A DNA stretch of 64,000 bases from Caulobacteraceae bacterium (GTDB taxonomy: Bacteria > Pseudomonadota > Alphaproteobacteria > Caulobacterales > Caulobacteraceae): NCBI GenBank assembly GCA_040399645.1, contig JBBARR010000001.1:91559-155558 (forward strand), given 5' to 3'. Position numbers and translations under genes: made by a program. Shown here piece after piece: positions 12,751 through 23,675 of this stretch (the stretch's first letter is position 1; each line of letters starts with the position of its first letter). Under the pieces are notes generated by a model that saw only the letters and a program-made list of their open reading frames with translations, was not told the origin of the DNA and searched no databases.

Positions 12751-14040
12751 CTATTGATCAAGGCCGTAGCCTCCGTTCGAAATTTCCAAAACCTCTTCCA
12801 CGGTCCGCAGGCCGGGACGCTGGGCATTGACCAGAACGCCCATATTGCCGGGAAGGTGCTTATTATCGAGCATCTTTTCGTGGGCATCTGGGATACCGTC
12901 CCAGCCGAAGACTTCCGACAGGCAAGGATCAATACGGCGCTCAATGACCAGCCGGTTAGCGGCCGAGGCCTGCGCCAGATTGGCGAAGTGGCTGCCTTGA
13001 ACGCGCTTTTGGCGCATCCACAGGAAGCGGGCATCCATGGTCAGGTTGAAGCCAGACGTTCCTGCGCAGATCACGACCATGCCGCCGCGCTTGACGACCA
13101 AGACTGACACCGGGATGGTCGCTTCGCCGGGATGTTCGAACACCATATCGACATCCTTGCCGCCAGTGATTTGCCACAGGGCCTTACCGAACTTACGGCT
13201 CTCTTTCATATAGTCGTTGAATTCCGGTCCATTGACCGTGGGCAGTTGACCCCAGCAGTTAAAGTCGCTGCGATTGAGGACCGCTTTGGCCCCCATCGAC
13301 ATGACGAAATCACGCTTGTCTTCGGAGGAGACCACGCCGATAGCGTTGGCGCCCGAAACGGCACAGAGTTGGGTAGCAAAGACGCCGAGGCCGCCCGAGG
13401 CGCCCCAGATTAGGACATTGTCGCCCGGACGGATGATGTGGGGGCGGTGGCCGAACAGCATGCGATAGGCGGTGGCGAGCGTCAGGGTGTAGCAGGCGCT
13501 CTCTTCCCAGGTCAGGTGCTTGGGGCGCGGCATTAACTGGCGCGACTGAACCCGCGTGAACTGGGCAAAGCTGCCGTCCGGGGTCTCATAGCCCCAGATG
13601 CGCTGAGAGGTCGAGAACATCGGATCGCCGCCGTTGCACTCCTCGTCGTCACCATCATCCTGGTTGCAGTGAATGACCACCTCGTCTCCAGGCTTCCAGC
13701 GGCGCACCTTGGCGCCGACAGCCCAGACCACGCCCGAGGCATCAGACCCGGCAATGTGATAGGGTTGCTTGTGGCCATCGAGTGGGCTGATCGGCTCGCC
13801 CAGCGCCGCCCAGACGCCATTATAGTTGACGCCAGCGGCCATCACGAGGACCAGAACCTCATCCTCGCCAATGGTTGGGGTCTCAACGACTTCGAGCTGC
13901 ATAGCCTTGTTCGGGCGGCCATGGCGTTCCTTACGGATCGTCCAGGCATGCATGCGGGCGGGGACATGATAGGCCGGCGGAATCTCGCCGATCTCATAGA
14001 GGTCCTTCAAGGCTGGGGCAGTCATAGCTGTGCTGGTCAT
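12751..14040 (-). CDS. ccr: Crotonyl-CoA carboxylase/reductase
   Basis: The LKDLYEIGEIPPAYHVPARMHAWTIRKERHG N-terminus and MDR fold are characteristic of Ccr. The ATG at 14040 (about 429 aa) is preferred over the 465-aa ORF start. Confidence 0.93.
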   Translation of the reverse strand: MTSTAMTAPALKDLYEIGEIPPAYHVPARMHAWTIRKERHGRPNKAMQLEVVETPTIGEDEVLVLVMAAGVNYNGVWAALGEPISPLDGHKQPYHIAGSDASGVVWAVGAKVRRWKPGDEVVIHCNQDDGDDEECNGGDPMFSTSQRIWGYETPDGSFAQFTRVQSRQLMPRPKHLTWEESACYTLTLATAYRMLFGHRPHIIRPGDNVLIWGASGGLGVFATQLCAVSGANAIGVVSSEDKRDFVMSMGAKAVLNRSDFNCWGQLPTVNGPEFNDYMKESRKFGKALWQITGGKDVDMVFEHPGEATIPVSVLVVKRGGMVVICAGTSGFNLTMDARFLWMRQKRVQGSHFANLAQASAANRLVIERRIDPCLSEVFGWDGIPDAHEKMLDNKHLPGNMGVLVNAQRPGLRTVEEVLEISNGGYGLDQ

Positions 14041-14362
14041 GGCGCGGTTCCGGTCTTGGCGTGGTCTCGATTGGGGTGGTAACCCCGCAGATCTTAAGGC
14101 TGCCCGACAATAGTCAGCCTCTGACCCGCTTGTTTTGGTTAGTTTCAAGCAAGACCGTGCCCCTAGCGGGGCTCTATCTCATTTGTCCGGTCAATACCGT
14201 GGGACAAGCTTACGAGGCTGGCAAGAGGCTTTTTTGCAACGCAACACGAGAAATTGTGCGCCGCGGTCGTGTTCCCCAATCAAGACAGTGGATTGCCGCA
14301 GCCTCGGTGAATGATAAAGTCCGGACAATTACTCTGCAGCCCACCGACTAGGATGATCGAAC

Positions 14363-16363
14363 ATGTCCGCCAAGCCGTTCCAACATGCGCCAGACGCCCC
14401 GTGGATCATCCGCACCTATGCTGGCCACTCCACGGCGGACAAGTCCAACGCCCTCTATCGGGCCAATCTGGCCAAGGGTCAGACGGGGCTTTCGGTAGCC
14501 TTCGATCTTCCGACCCAGACCGGCTATGACCCAGACCATATTTTGGCGCGCGGTGAGGTCGGCAAGGTCGGGGTGCCGGTCAGCCATATGGGCGATATGC
14601 GCGCCCTGTTCGATCAGATCCCGCTCGATCGGATGAACACCTCTATGACCATCAATGCGACGGCGGCTTGGCTATTGTCCCTCTATGTCGGGCTGGCGCA
14701 GGAGCAGGGCGTGTCGCCCAAAGCCTTACAGGGCACGACGCAGAACGACCTGATGAAGGAATATCTGTCGCGCGGGACCTATATCTATCCGCCTGCGCCC
14801 TCGATGAGGGTGATCAGCGACATGGTGGCATGGGCCTATGTCGAGACGCCAAAATGGAACCCGACCAATATCTGTTCCTACCACTTGCAAGAGGCCGGAG
14901 CGACGCCCGAGCAGGAACTAGCCTATGCGCTGGCCACCGCCGTCGCCGTGCTCGACGCGGTCAAGGCTGGGGGACAGGTGCCGGAGGCGGACTTTACGGT
15001 TGTGGTCTCTCGCATCAGCTTCTTCGTCAATGCCGGGATCCGTTTCGTGACCGAGCTTTGCAAGATGCGCGCCTTCACCGAGCTTTGGGATGAGCTCTTA
15101 CAACAGCGCTATGGCATCACCGACGATAAGGCCCGCCGGTTCCGTTATGGCGTTCAGGTCAATTCTCTGGGCCTGACCGAACAGCAGCCGGAAAATAACG
15201 TCTATCGCATCCTGATCGAGGCGCTAGCCGTGACCCTGTCAAAGGATGCGCGCTGCCGCGCCCTGCAACTGCCCGCGTGGAACGAGGCCCTTGGTCTGCC
15301 TCGTCCTTGGGATCAGCAATGGTCCTTGCGCATGCAACAGGTCCTAGCTTTTGAAACCGACCTTCTGGAATATGAGGACCTGTTTGACGGCTCGCACGTC
15401 GTCGCCGCCAAGGTCGCGCAGTTAAAGACCCAAGCCATTGATGAGTTGGCCAAGATCGACGCCATGGGCGGGGCCGCTGCGGCCATTGACTATATGAAGG
15501 GCCAGTTGGTTGCCTCCAACGCCGCCCGGGTTCGCGGGGTCGAGACCGGGGCCATGACGGTCATTGGCGTCAATCGCTATCCTGAAACTGAGGTCTCGCC
15601 CCTGTCGGCGGGCGAAGGCTCCATCGAGACGGTTGACCCACGCCTTGAGGCCGAGGTCATTGGCCGCCTGAAACAGTGGAAGGCTGCTCGCAATGGCGCG
15701 GCGGTGATCTCTGCCCTCGCCGATCTGGACAGCGCCGCCAAGGAAGATCGCAACCTGATGCCCGCCTCGCTGGCGGCGGCAAAGGCTGGAGTGACGACCG
15801 GCGAATGGGCCGATACCCTGCGCAATGTGTTTGGTGAATATCGCGGCCCGACCGGCGTGGCTGTAGTGGTCTCCTCGGGCACGGATCCTGATGAAGCTGA
15901 GGTGCAAAAGGAAGTGGCCCGCGTCAGCGAAGCCTTAGGCGAAACCTTGCGCTTCCTCGTCGGTAAGCCGGGCCTTGATGGCCACTCCAATGGGGCTGAA
16001 CAGATCGCCACCCGCGCCCGCGCTGTGGGCATGGAGGTCTTTTATGACGGAATCCGCTCTACCCCTGCCGAGATCGTGCAACGGGCCAAGGATACCCGAG
16101 CCCATGTGATCGGTCTTTCGATCCTGTCGGGCTCGCATCTGGATCTGGTGCAAGAGGTTGTGCGCCTGATGCGGGTCGAGGGAATGGACCATGTGCCCGT
16201 CATCGTCGGCGGCATTATCCCGCCGCAGGACGCCATGATGCTCAAGCAGATGGGCGTGCGGCGGGTCTATACGCCCAAGGACTTTAAGATCACGCCGATG
16301 ATGGGTGACGTGGCCCGCACAGCTCTGGCGGCTGTTGAAGCCCGCCTGACTTCTGAGGCCTAA
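14363..16363 (+). CDS. ecm: Ethylmalonyl-CoA mutase (MeaA/Ecm), B12-dependent
   Basis: 666 aa beginning PWIIRTYAGHSTADKSNALYRANLAKGQTGLSVAFDLPTQTGYD, with a C-terminal cobalamin-binding domain (GLDGHSNGAEQ). It is divergent from ccr. Confidence 0.93.
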   Translation: MSAKPFQHAPDAPWIIRTYAGHSTADKSNALYRANLAKGQTGLSVAFDLPTQTGYDPDHILARGEVGKVGVPVSHMGDMRALFDQIPLDRMNTSMTINATAAWLLSLYVGLAQEQGVSPKALQGTTQNDLMKEYLSRGTYIYPPAPSMRVISDMVAWAYVETPKWNPTNICSYHLQEAGATPEQELAYALATAVAVLDAVKAGGQVPEADFTVVVSRISFFVNAGIRFVTELCKMRAFTELWDELLQQRYGITDDKARRFRYGVQVNSLGLTEQQPENNVYRILIEALAVTLSKDARCRALQLPAWNEALGLPRPWDQQWSLRMQQVLAFETDLLEYEDLFDGSHVVAAKVAQLKTQAIDELAKIDAMGGAAAAIDYMKGQLVASNAARVRGVETGAMTVIGVNRYPETEVSPLSAGEGSIETVDPRLEAEVIGRLKQWKAARNGAAVISALADLDSAAKEDRNLMPASLAAAKAGVTTGEWADTLRNVFGEYRGPTGVAVVVSSGTDPDEAEVQKEVARVSEALGETLRFLVGKPGLDGHSNGAEQIATRARAVGMEVFYDGIRSTPAEIVQRAKDTRAHVIGLSILSGSHLDLVQEVVRLMRVEGMDHVPVIVGGIIPPQDAMMLKQMGVRRVYTPKDFKITPMMGDVARTALAAVEARLTSEA

Positions 16364-16448
16364 CCGCTCAGACTTGACCTGCTGCCAGCCTGTCGCCAAG
16401 TTGGCTTCAACACCTGTTTGAAACCAAAAACCGCATTAGGGAAACGCC

Positions 16449-17213
16449 ATGAACCTCTTCGATCTGACCGGTAAGGTCGCCATCATCACTGGCTCTTCGC
16501 GCGGCATTGGCCGGGCTGTGGCTGAACGGATGGCCGACCATGGGGCCAAGGTGGTGATTTCTTCTCGTAAGGCCGGACCTTGCGAAGAGGTGGCCGCTGA
16601 GATTAATGCCGCCCATCCCGGTGCCGCCATTGCTGTGCCCGCCAATATCTCCTCGAAGGAAGACCTTCAGCGCTTGGTCGACGAGACCCGCAAGGCCTTT
16701 GGCAAGATCGATATTTTGGTCTGTAACGCCGCCTCCAATCCCTACTATGGCCCGATGGCCGGTATTGCCGATGATCAGTTCCGCAAGATCTTGGAAAATA
16801 ACGTCATCGCCAATCACTGGCTGATCCAGATGGTGATTCCCGAAATGACTGAGCGCAAGGATGGCTCGATCACCATCATTTCCTCCATCGGCGGCCTGCG
16901 CGGCTCAACCGTGATCGGGGCGTACAATATCTCCAAGGCGGCGGACTTCCAGCTGGCTCGCAATCTGGCCTGCGAATATGGCCCCAGCAATATCCGGGTC
17001 AATTGCATCGCACCGGGCCTGATCCGCACCGATTTCGCTAAGGCCCTGTGGGAAAATCCAGAGACCCTCAAGCGCGCTACCAGCGGTAGCCCTCTACGCC
17101 GTATCGGTGAGCCCAATGAGATCGCCGGTGCCGCCGTGTTCTTGGCCTCTGCCGCGGGGTCCTTCATGACAGGTCAGAACATCGTCGTTGACGGCGGTGC
17201 GACCATCGCCTGA
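16449..17213 (+). CDS. SDR family oxidoreductase (DHRS4-like)
   Basis: It has TGSSRGIGRA, NAAS and YNISK, and the C-terminal half resembles DHRS4-type reductases. Confidence 0.9.
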   Translation: MNLFDLTGKVAIITGSSRGIGRAVAERMADHGAKVVISSRKAGPCEEVAAEINAAHPGAAIAVPANISSKEDLQRLVDETRKAFGKIDILVCNAASNPYYGPMAGIADDQFRKILENNVIANHWLIQMVIPEMTERKDGSITIISSIGGLRGSTVIGAYNISKAADFQLARNLACEYGPSNIRVNCIAPGLIRTDFAKALWENPETLKRATSGSPLRRIGEPNEIAGAAVFLASAAGSFMTGQNIVVDGGATIA

Positions 17214-17221
17214 TGGGAAAG

Positions 17222-17251
17222 GGCCTAGCCGCGTTCGCGCGCGGTTAGGCC
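17222..17251. terminator. Hairpin between convergent SDR and DUF2237 genes (bidirectional terminator candidate)
   Basis: GGCCTAGCCGCG (17222-17233) pairs with CGCGGTTAGGCC (17240-17251), a 12-bp stem with one mismatch. There is no clear U tract. Confidence 0.45.
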
Positions 17252-17628
17252 GACACCGCATAGGCCTTGAGCACATCCAAGGTAACGATTGCCAAGGTCT
17301 CTTCGTGAGTGGCCTCGAGCACCACGCCGGGTGCCGCGCCAGCATCGAGCGCCTCTTTCCAGCGCGGCGCGCACAGACACCAGCGGTCACCGGGCCTAAG
17401 GCCGGGAAAATGTAGGTCGGGACGCGGCGTTGACAGATCATTGCCCGCTCTTCGGCTGAAGGCCAGAAACTCTGCGGTCATGACGGCGCATACCGTATGC
17501 AGTCCCAGATCATCGGGCCCGGTCTCGCAACAGCCATTGCGGAAAAACCCAGTTACGGGTGCGTTGGAACAGAGCAAAAGCTCTTGCCCTAAAACGTTCA
17601 GTGCGGTCTCGTCATAACGGGTGGTCAT
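17245..17628 (-). CDS. DUF2237 family protein
   Basis: 127 aa. The NVLGQELLLCSNAPVTGFFRNGCCETGPDDLGLHTVCAVMTAEFL pattern is typical of DUF2237. Confidence 0.85.
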   Translation of the reverse strand: MTTRYDETALNVLGQELLLCSNAPVTGFFRNGCCETGPDDLGLHTVCAVMTAEFLAFSRRAGNDLSTPRPDLHFPGLRPGDRWCLCAPRWKEALDAGAAPGVVLEATHEETLAIVTLDVLKAYAVSA

Positions 17629-17703
17629 GGTCCTATCTTAGAGGCTAAGAGGCGTTTGATAAAAGCCTGATAATGTCCCCATTCGATCCAAGGGAACCGA
17701 TCC

Positions 17704-18600
17704 ATGTCCAAGACCGCCCAGACCGCCCAGACCGCCAAGCCGCGCCGTAGCGCCCTCTACATGCCCGCCTCTAATGCCAAGGCCATCGACAAGGCCCGTA
17801 ACCTGCCCTGTGATGTGGTGATCTTGGATCTCGAAGATGCGGTGGCGCCGGACTCTAAGGCTCTGGCCCGCGAACAGGCGGTAGCGGCGATCAAGGCGGG
17901 TGGCTTTGGTCGGCGAGAGTTGGTTATTCGCTGTAATGGTTTGGATACCCCTTGGGGGGCTGACGATCTGGCGGCGGCGGCGGCGGCCGGTCCGGACGCT
18001 ATCTTGGTGCCCAAGGTCAATGATGCCGCTGATGTCGCGGCCTATAATAGCGCCATCGCAGCAGCTCCGGCCTCAACCCAGCTTTGGGCCATGATCGAGA
18101 CCTGCCGGTGCCTTTTCAACCTGCCCCAGATCGCTGAGGCCAGCACCTCCAGCCGCATGACCACCTGGGTGATGGGCACCAATGATTTGGCGAAGGAGAT
18201 GCGCGCCCGTCAGACGCCTGATCGCTCACCCTTCCATGCCGCCCTTTCTCTGTCAGTCGCAGCGGCGCGCTTCTATGGCCTCACTATTTTAGACGGCGTC
18301 TATAATGACATCGATAATGAAGAGGGCCTCCGCGCCATCTGCGAACAGGGCGTCGATTTTGGCTTTGACGGTAAGACCCTGATCCATCCCAAGCAGGTCG
18401 AGATCTGCAACCGCGTCTTTTCGCCGTCCGAGGCTGAGGTCGCTTGGGCCAAGGCTGTGATCGCCGCCTTCGCTCTGCCGGAAAATCAGGGCAAAGGCGC
18501 GATCCGCGTCGAGGGCCGCATGGCTGAATTGCTGCATCTGGTGCAGGCTGAGAGCCTTGTCGACGTGGCGGCCGCGATCGCCGAAACGGCGGCCGCCTAG
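17704..18600 (+). CDS. HpcH/HpaI aldolase / citrate lyase beta (CitE)-like protein, malyl-CoA lyase/thioesterase family
   Basis: 298 aa. RSALYMPASNAKAIDKARNLPCDVVILDLEDAVAPDSK is the CitE-family N-terminus. Length and N-terminus resemble the short Mcl2 (malyl-CoA thioesterase) type more than the 318-aa Mcl1 type, but this cannot be settled by eye. Confidence 0.85.
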   Translation: MSKTAQTAQTAKPRRSALYMPASNAKAIDKARNLPCDVVILDLEDAVAPDSKALAREQAVAAIKAGGFGRRELVIRCNGLDTPWGADDLAAAAAAGPDAILVPKVNDAADVAAYNSAIAAAPASTQLWAMIETCRCLFNLPQIAEASTSSRMTTWVMGTNDLAKEMRARQTPDRSPFHAALSLSVAAARFYGLTILDGVYNDIDNEEGLRAICEQGVDFGFDGKTLIHPKQVEICNRVFSPSEAEVAWAKAVIAAFALPENQGKGAIRVEGRMAELLHLVQAESLVDVAAAIAETAAA

Positions 18601-18602
18601 CG

Positions 18603-19121
18603 ATGGTTCAGCGGTGGGCAGCAATGGTTCTGACCGGGGCGGCCCTGCTGGCCATGCCTGCGCCTCTTTGCGCTCAGCCCGTTCTTACTGCACCTGATCC
18701 AGAGCCTGTCACCATCGATCAGGTGGCCAAGACCCCCGGCGGACCCTTAACTCCTCAGGAGGAGGCCTTCGACCAACAGGTGCGCCAGTCCTATTCGGCG
18801 GTGGACCAAAAGCAGGGTCCCCTCGAAGGGGCTTGGCGGCTATTGGCGGCGGACGGCAAGCCTCTGTTCGGCTTTCAGTTGGCGGATCTGGCCAAGAGTG
18901 GCGTTGAGGGGGCTTGGCGCGACCTTCGGCGCCAAGCGGCCCTCGGCGGCTCTGGTTTCATCGCCGAGATCTATCGCGATGACGATAGTCTGCGGATGAA
19001 TTTCTATGAGCGCGATGGTGAGGCGGCGACAGAAATCGTTCTGACGCCGTCAGCTTACGGCGAATGGTCCGGCAATCTCTGGGACGATAATCGTAAGATC
19101 CCGGTGACTATGAAGCGCTGA
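18603..19121 (+). CDS. Hypothetical exported protein
   Basis: It has a signal-peptide-like N-terminus (MVLTGAALLAMPAPLCAQP) and GC3-rich codons, but I recognise no family. Confidence 0.6.
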   Translation: MVQRWAAMVLTGAALLAMPAPLCAQPVLTAPDPEPVTIDQVAKTPGGPLTPQEEAFDQQVRQSYSAVDQKQGPLEGAWRLLAADGKPLFGFQLADLAKSGVEGAWRDLRRQAALGGSGFIAEIYRDDDSLRMNFYERDGEAATEIVLTPSAYGEWSGNLWDDNRKIPVTMKR

Positions 19122-19551
19122 AAAAGCCAACCTCTTCAAAGACGGCGAGGGCGCCAGCGCGGGCCTTGTCGAGCAATTCAAGGCTATAGGGCGTAGCGGG
19201 GCTGTGGCCCCACACGGGACCCGGCCAGGCCGCATCATCGCTGCGGCGGCTGACGACATGGACATGGAGTTGGGCGGTGACATTGCCCAAGGCCCCGACA
19301 TTGAGCTTTTCGGTCGGCAGTCCGAGGGCATCGCTGATCGCGCGGACGGCTTGGCTGACCAAGACAATCTCTTCCATCAAGACCAAACGCTCGGCCATCG
19401 ACAGGTCTTCAAGCTCGCGCATGTCCGCGCGGCGCGGAATCAGCACGATCCAGCCATAACGGGCATCCAACTGCAGGCGTGCTTCGCAAAGGGTCAGGTC
19501 GCAGAGCAGGTCAGACGTCGCGTCAAAGGCTGGATCAAGCACGAAGGTCAT
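19108..19551 (-). CDS. HIT family hydrolase
   Basis: The histidine triad is present as QLHVHVVSR. The gene overlaps the 3' end of the convergent gene by 14 nt. Confidence 0.85.
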   Translation of the reverse strand: MTFVLDPAFDATSDLLCDLTLCEARLQLDARYGWIVLIPRRADMRELEDLSMAERLVLMEEIVLVSQAVRAISDALGLPTEKLNVGALGNVTAQLHVHVVSRRSDDAAWPGPVWGHSPATPYSLELLDKARAGALAVFEEVGFFSAS

Positions 19552-19642
19552 CAGAATCTCTCTTAAAGCGCTGCAAACCTATCTCGGATCACAGCCGAGT
19601 TCGCAATCGCTTTAAGTGGAAATTTAGCCGTACTTAAAGGAA

Positions 19643-20698
19643 TTAGCGTTTGCGCGGCACGGCGGCCCAATAATCGAAATCCAGAATGACTTCAGAGGGA
19701 TATTTCCCGTCGCTGTCCTGATCCGGGAAATCGCTACAGGGCCGGTCCTTGGTCGCCACGAGACGCAGGCGCAAGGCCCCAATATCGCTGCGGCCGGGGA
19801 TTTCGGTCCGGTCGAGCACCTCGCTCCAGGCAAAGACGGTGGCGCCCGCAAAATAGGGATTCACGTGCCGTCCGCCATTGATGCCAAGGATCAGACCCGC
19901 ATTTTCCAACCCATTGAAGGACAGGGCCTTGGCGGTCGAGATGACCACGCCGCCATAGACAAGCCGTCGGCCCGTCGGGTCCTTGGCACGCTCATATTGA
20001 TTGAAATGGACCTTGGCCGTGTTCTGATAGAGCCGCGTGGCCATCTGGTGCTCGGCTTCTTCAATGGCCATGCCGTCGACATGGTCGATCTTCTCGCCGA
20101 TCTCATAGTCCTCAAAGGCATGGGCCGAGCCCGCCAGAGCAAAATCATACTGGGCAAAGGACAGGCCCGCTGGGATCACCAGATCGCTAGCGGAGACTGA
20201 GGCGGGCAGGGTGGGGACCGCTTCTTGAGCGATGGGGGCGGTCTCGTCGCGCTTGCGAACCATGACCCAGCGCACATAGGTCAAGACCTCTGTGCCATGC
20301 TGATTGACGCCGGTGGTGCGCACATAGACCACGCCGGTCTTGCGATTGGAGTTCTCTTTCAGGCCAATGACCTCAGAGCTGGACGAGACCGTATCGCCTG
20401 CATGGACCGGGGCAAGGAAACGGCCATCGGCATAGCCCAGATTGGCCACCGCATTGAGCGACACATCTGGCACCGTCTTGCCGAATACCATGTGGAACAC
20501 CACCAAAGGATCGACAGGGCTTTGGCCGAGGCCACAGCTCTGCGCAAAGCTATCGGCGCTGAACAGGGCAAAGCGAGGACCGTAGAAGGCGGTATAGAGG
20601 GCGACATCCCCCGCCGTGATGGTGCGCGGCGTGGCGTGGGCCAGAACCTCACCCAAACGGAAATCTTCGAAATAACGGCCAGGGTTGGTCTTGGACAT
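19643..20698 (-). CDS. mch: Mesaconyl-CoA hydratase (2-methylfumaryl-CoA hydratase), MaoC double hot-dog
   Basis: 351 aa beginning NPGRYFEDFRLGEVLAHATPRTITAGDVALYTAFYG. Length and N-terminus are typical of Mch. Confidence 0.88.
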   Translation of the reverse strand: MSKTNPGRYFEDFRLGEVLAHATPRTITAGDVALYTAFYGPRFALFSADSFAQSCGLGQSPVDPLVVFHMVFGKTVPDVSLNAVANLGYADGRFLAPVHAGDTVSSSSEVIGLKENSNRKTGVVYVRTTGVNQHGTEVLTYVRWVMVRKRDETAPIAQEAVPTLPASVSASDLVIPAGLSFAQYDFALAGSAHAFEDYEIGEKIDHVDGMAIEEAEHQMATRLYQNTAKVHFNQYERAKDPTGRRLVYGGVVISTAKALSFNGLENAGLILGINGGRHVNPYFAGATVFAWSEVLDRTEIPGRSDIGALRLRLVATKDRPCSDFPDQDSDGKYPSEVILDFDYWAAVPRKR

Positions 20699-20771
20699 GG
20701 TGTGCCTCTTAAATGTACGGACAGCCTTTAAGCGTCAGATCGTCGGGCGTCTATTCTGTTTGGCGCTTTGA

Positions 20772-21812
<1,041 letters not shown>

Positions 21813-21884
21813 AGGCTGTTGATCGTCCTATAATAGAGGCCGTCGGAGCGATCTGGCGGCCTTATTCTATTGCGGAGCCGTGAT

Positions 21885-22430
21885 ATGGTCAGCAGCGATC
21901 TTGGACCTGTATTGGTCACCGAGCGGCTGATCCTTCGCCCTCCTATGGCCGAGGATTTCGACCCCTTTGCCCAACTTATGGCCGATGAGGCCACCGCCCG
22001 CTATATCGGCGGTGTGCAACCGCGCGCTGTGGCATGGCGCGGCTTTATGACCATCGCTGGGGCGTGGGCCATGAATGGTTTTTCCATCTTTACGGTGGTG
22101 GAACGGGCGACGGGTCAGTGGGTTGGGCGCATTGGGCCGTGGCAACCGGAGGGCTGGCCGGGGACAGAGGTTGGCTGGGGTTTAGGGGCGGCCTTTCAAG
22201 GCAAGGGTTATGCCACGGAGGCAGCGACAGCGGCCATCGACTGGGTCTTTGACCATCTGGGCTGGACTGAGGTGATCCACTGTGTCGATCCCGCCAACCT
22301 CGCCTCTCAGGCCGTGGCCGCGCGCTTGGGTTCAACGATCCTGCGGCAAGACCAGATGCCACCTCCCATCGAAATCTCCATCGACATCTGGGGACAGAGC
22401 CGGGATCAGTGGCGGGCGAGGAGGGGCTAG
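21885..22430 (+). CDS. GNAT family N-acetyltransferase (RimJ/RimL-like)
   Basis: TERLILRPP...GWGLGAAFQGKGYATEAA is typical of the Acetyltransf_3 type. The ATG at 21885 has a GGAG 8 nt upstream. Confidence 0.85.
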   Translation: MVSSDLGPVLVTERLILRPPMAEDFDPFAQLMADEATARYIGGVQPRAVAWRGFMTIAGAWAMNGFSIFTVVERATGQWVGRIGPWQPEGWPGTEVGWGLGAAFQGKGYATEAATAAIDWVFDHLGWTEVIHCVDPANLASQAVAARLGSTILRQDQMPPPIEISIDIWGQSRDQWRARRG

Positions 22431-22534
22431 GTCACAAGCGCGATTTACCCCGCCTCTTGGCGTAATCGGTTTGACGTCACGGCCCAGTCATAGATCATCG
22501 GCACAATAGTGGTGTCCGTCCCTAGAGGTGTTCC

Positions 22535-23608
22535 ATGATCCGTGCCCTTGGCCTTGTGGCCCTCCTGTCGTTGGCCCATCCGGCAGAGGCGCAAGAGATT
22601 ATTAAGCGCCCAGCGGCGGCCAAGATTTGGGGTGATGATTCGGTCCTGACCCGCATCGCCTTTGGCTCCTGCATGGAGGAGACCCTGCCGGTTCCGGCCC
22701 TGCGCGGGGTTCTGGCCACACAGCCTGACCTGTTCTTGGCCATGGGCGATAATCTCTATGGCGATGATCCCGCCGACGACCCGGCCCTGCCCATTCTGAC
22801 CCAGGCCTATCGCGATCTGGCGACGAATGCCGACTTTGTCGCGCTCAACCGCGCCGTTCCGATCTTGGCGACCTGGGACGACCATGACTTCGGGGCCAAT
22901 GATGCCGGAACCCTCTATGGCGGCAAGACCCGCGCCGAGGCCCTGTTTGACGGCTTTTGGGGGGATAGCGCCCTTGGCCAAGACCATCCAGGGGTCTATG
23001 GCGCGCGCATCTTCGGTCCTAAGGGTCAGAGGGTTCAGATCATCATGCTCGATACCCGCACCTTCCGCAGCCCCTTAAAGGATACGGATGAGCCGGGAGC
23101 CAAGGGCAAGGAACGTTATGTGCCCGACGATGATGCCCGCAAGTCCATGCTGGGCGAGGCCCAGTGGGCTTGGCTGGCTGAGCAGTTGAAACAGCCCGCC
23201 GACCTACGCCTGATCGTCTCGTCGGTGCAGGTACTGGCCGATGGCCATGGCTACGAGGCGTGGCACACCCTGCCAGGTGAACGGATGCACCTCTTTAACG
23301 TTATCAAAACTAGTCAGGCCAAGGGGGTGGTGATCCTGTCGGGGGACCGGCACATGGCCGCGCTCTATCGACAGGCAGGGCTGGTGGACTATCCGATGGT
23401 CGAGCTGACGGCCTCGGCCCTCAACCGCTCCATGAGGGCGACCAATGACGAGATGAGCAGCCAGCAGATTGGCCCCGCCTATGCCCCAAACAATTCGGGC
23501 CTGTTAGAGATTGATTGGCGCGGCAAATCCTTGCGCCTGTCGATCCGCAATGAACAGGGGGCAGAGGTTCAGGGCCTTAGCGTTCCCTTCCCCCAGATCG
23601 GGCTCTAG
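22535..23608 (+). CDS. PhoD-like alkaline phosphatase/phosphodiesterase (metallophosphatase), exported
   Basis: It has the signal peptide MIRALGLVALLSLAHPAEA plus GDNLYGDD, WDDHDFGAND and LSGDRH motifs. Confidence 0.85.
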   Translation: MIRALGLVALLSLAHPAEAQEIIKRPAAAKIWGDDSVLTRIAFGSCMEETLPVPALRGVLATQPDLFLAMGDNLYGDDPADDPALPILTQAYRDLATNADFVALNRAVPILATWDDHDFGANDAGTLYGGKTRAEALFDGFWGDSALGQDHPGVYGARIFGPKGQRVQIIMLDTRTFRSPLKDTDEPGAKGKERYVPDDDARKSMLGEAQWAWLAEQLKQPADLRLIVSSVQVLADGHGYEAWHTLPGERMHLFNVIKTSQAKGVVILSGDRHMAALYRQAGLVDYPMVELTASALNRSMRATNDEMSSQQIGPAYAPNNSGLLEIDWRGKSLRLSIRNEQGAEVQGLSVPFPQIGL

Positions 23609-23675
23609 CCAAGGGGCCTTGCCCCGGTTCGGGCGGGGATCCATAGTCCCCTTAACGGTGTAGCAGGATGACATC

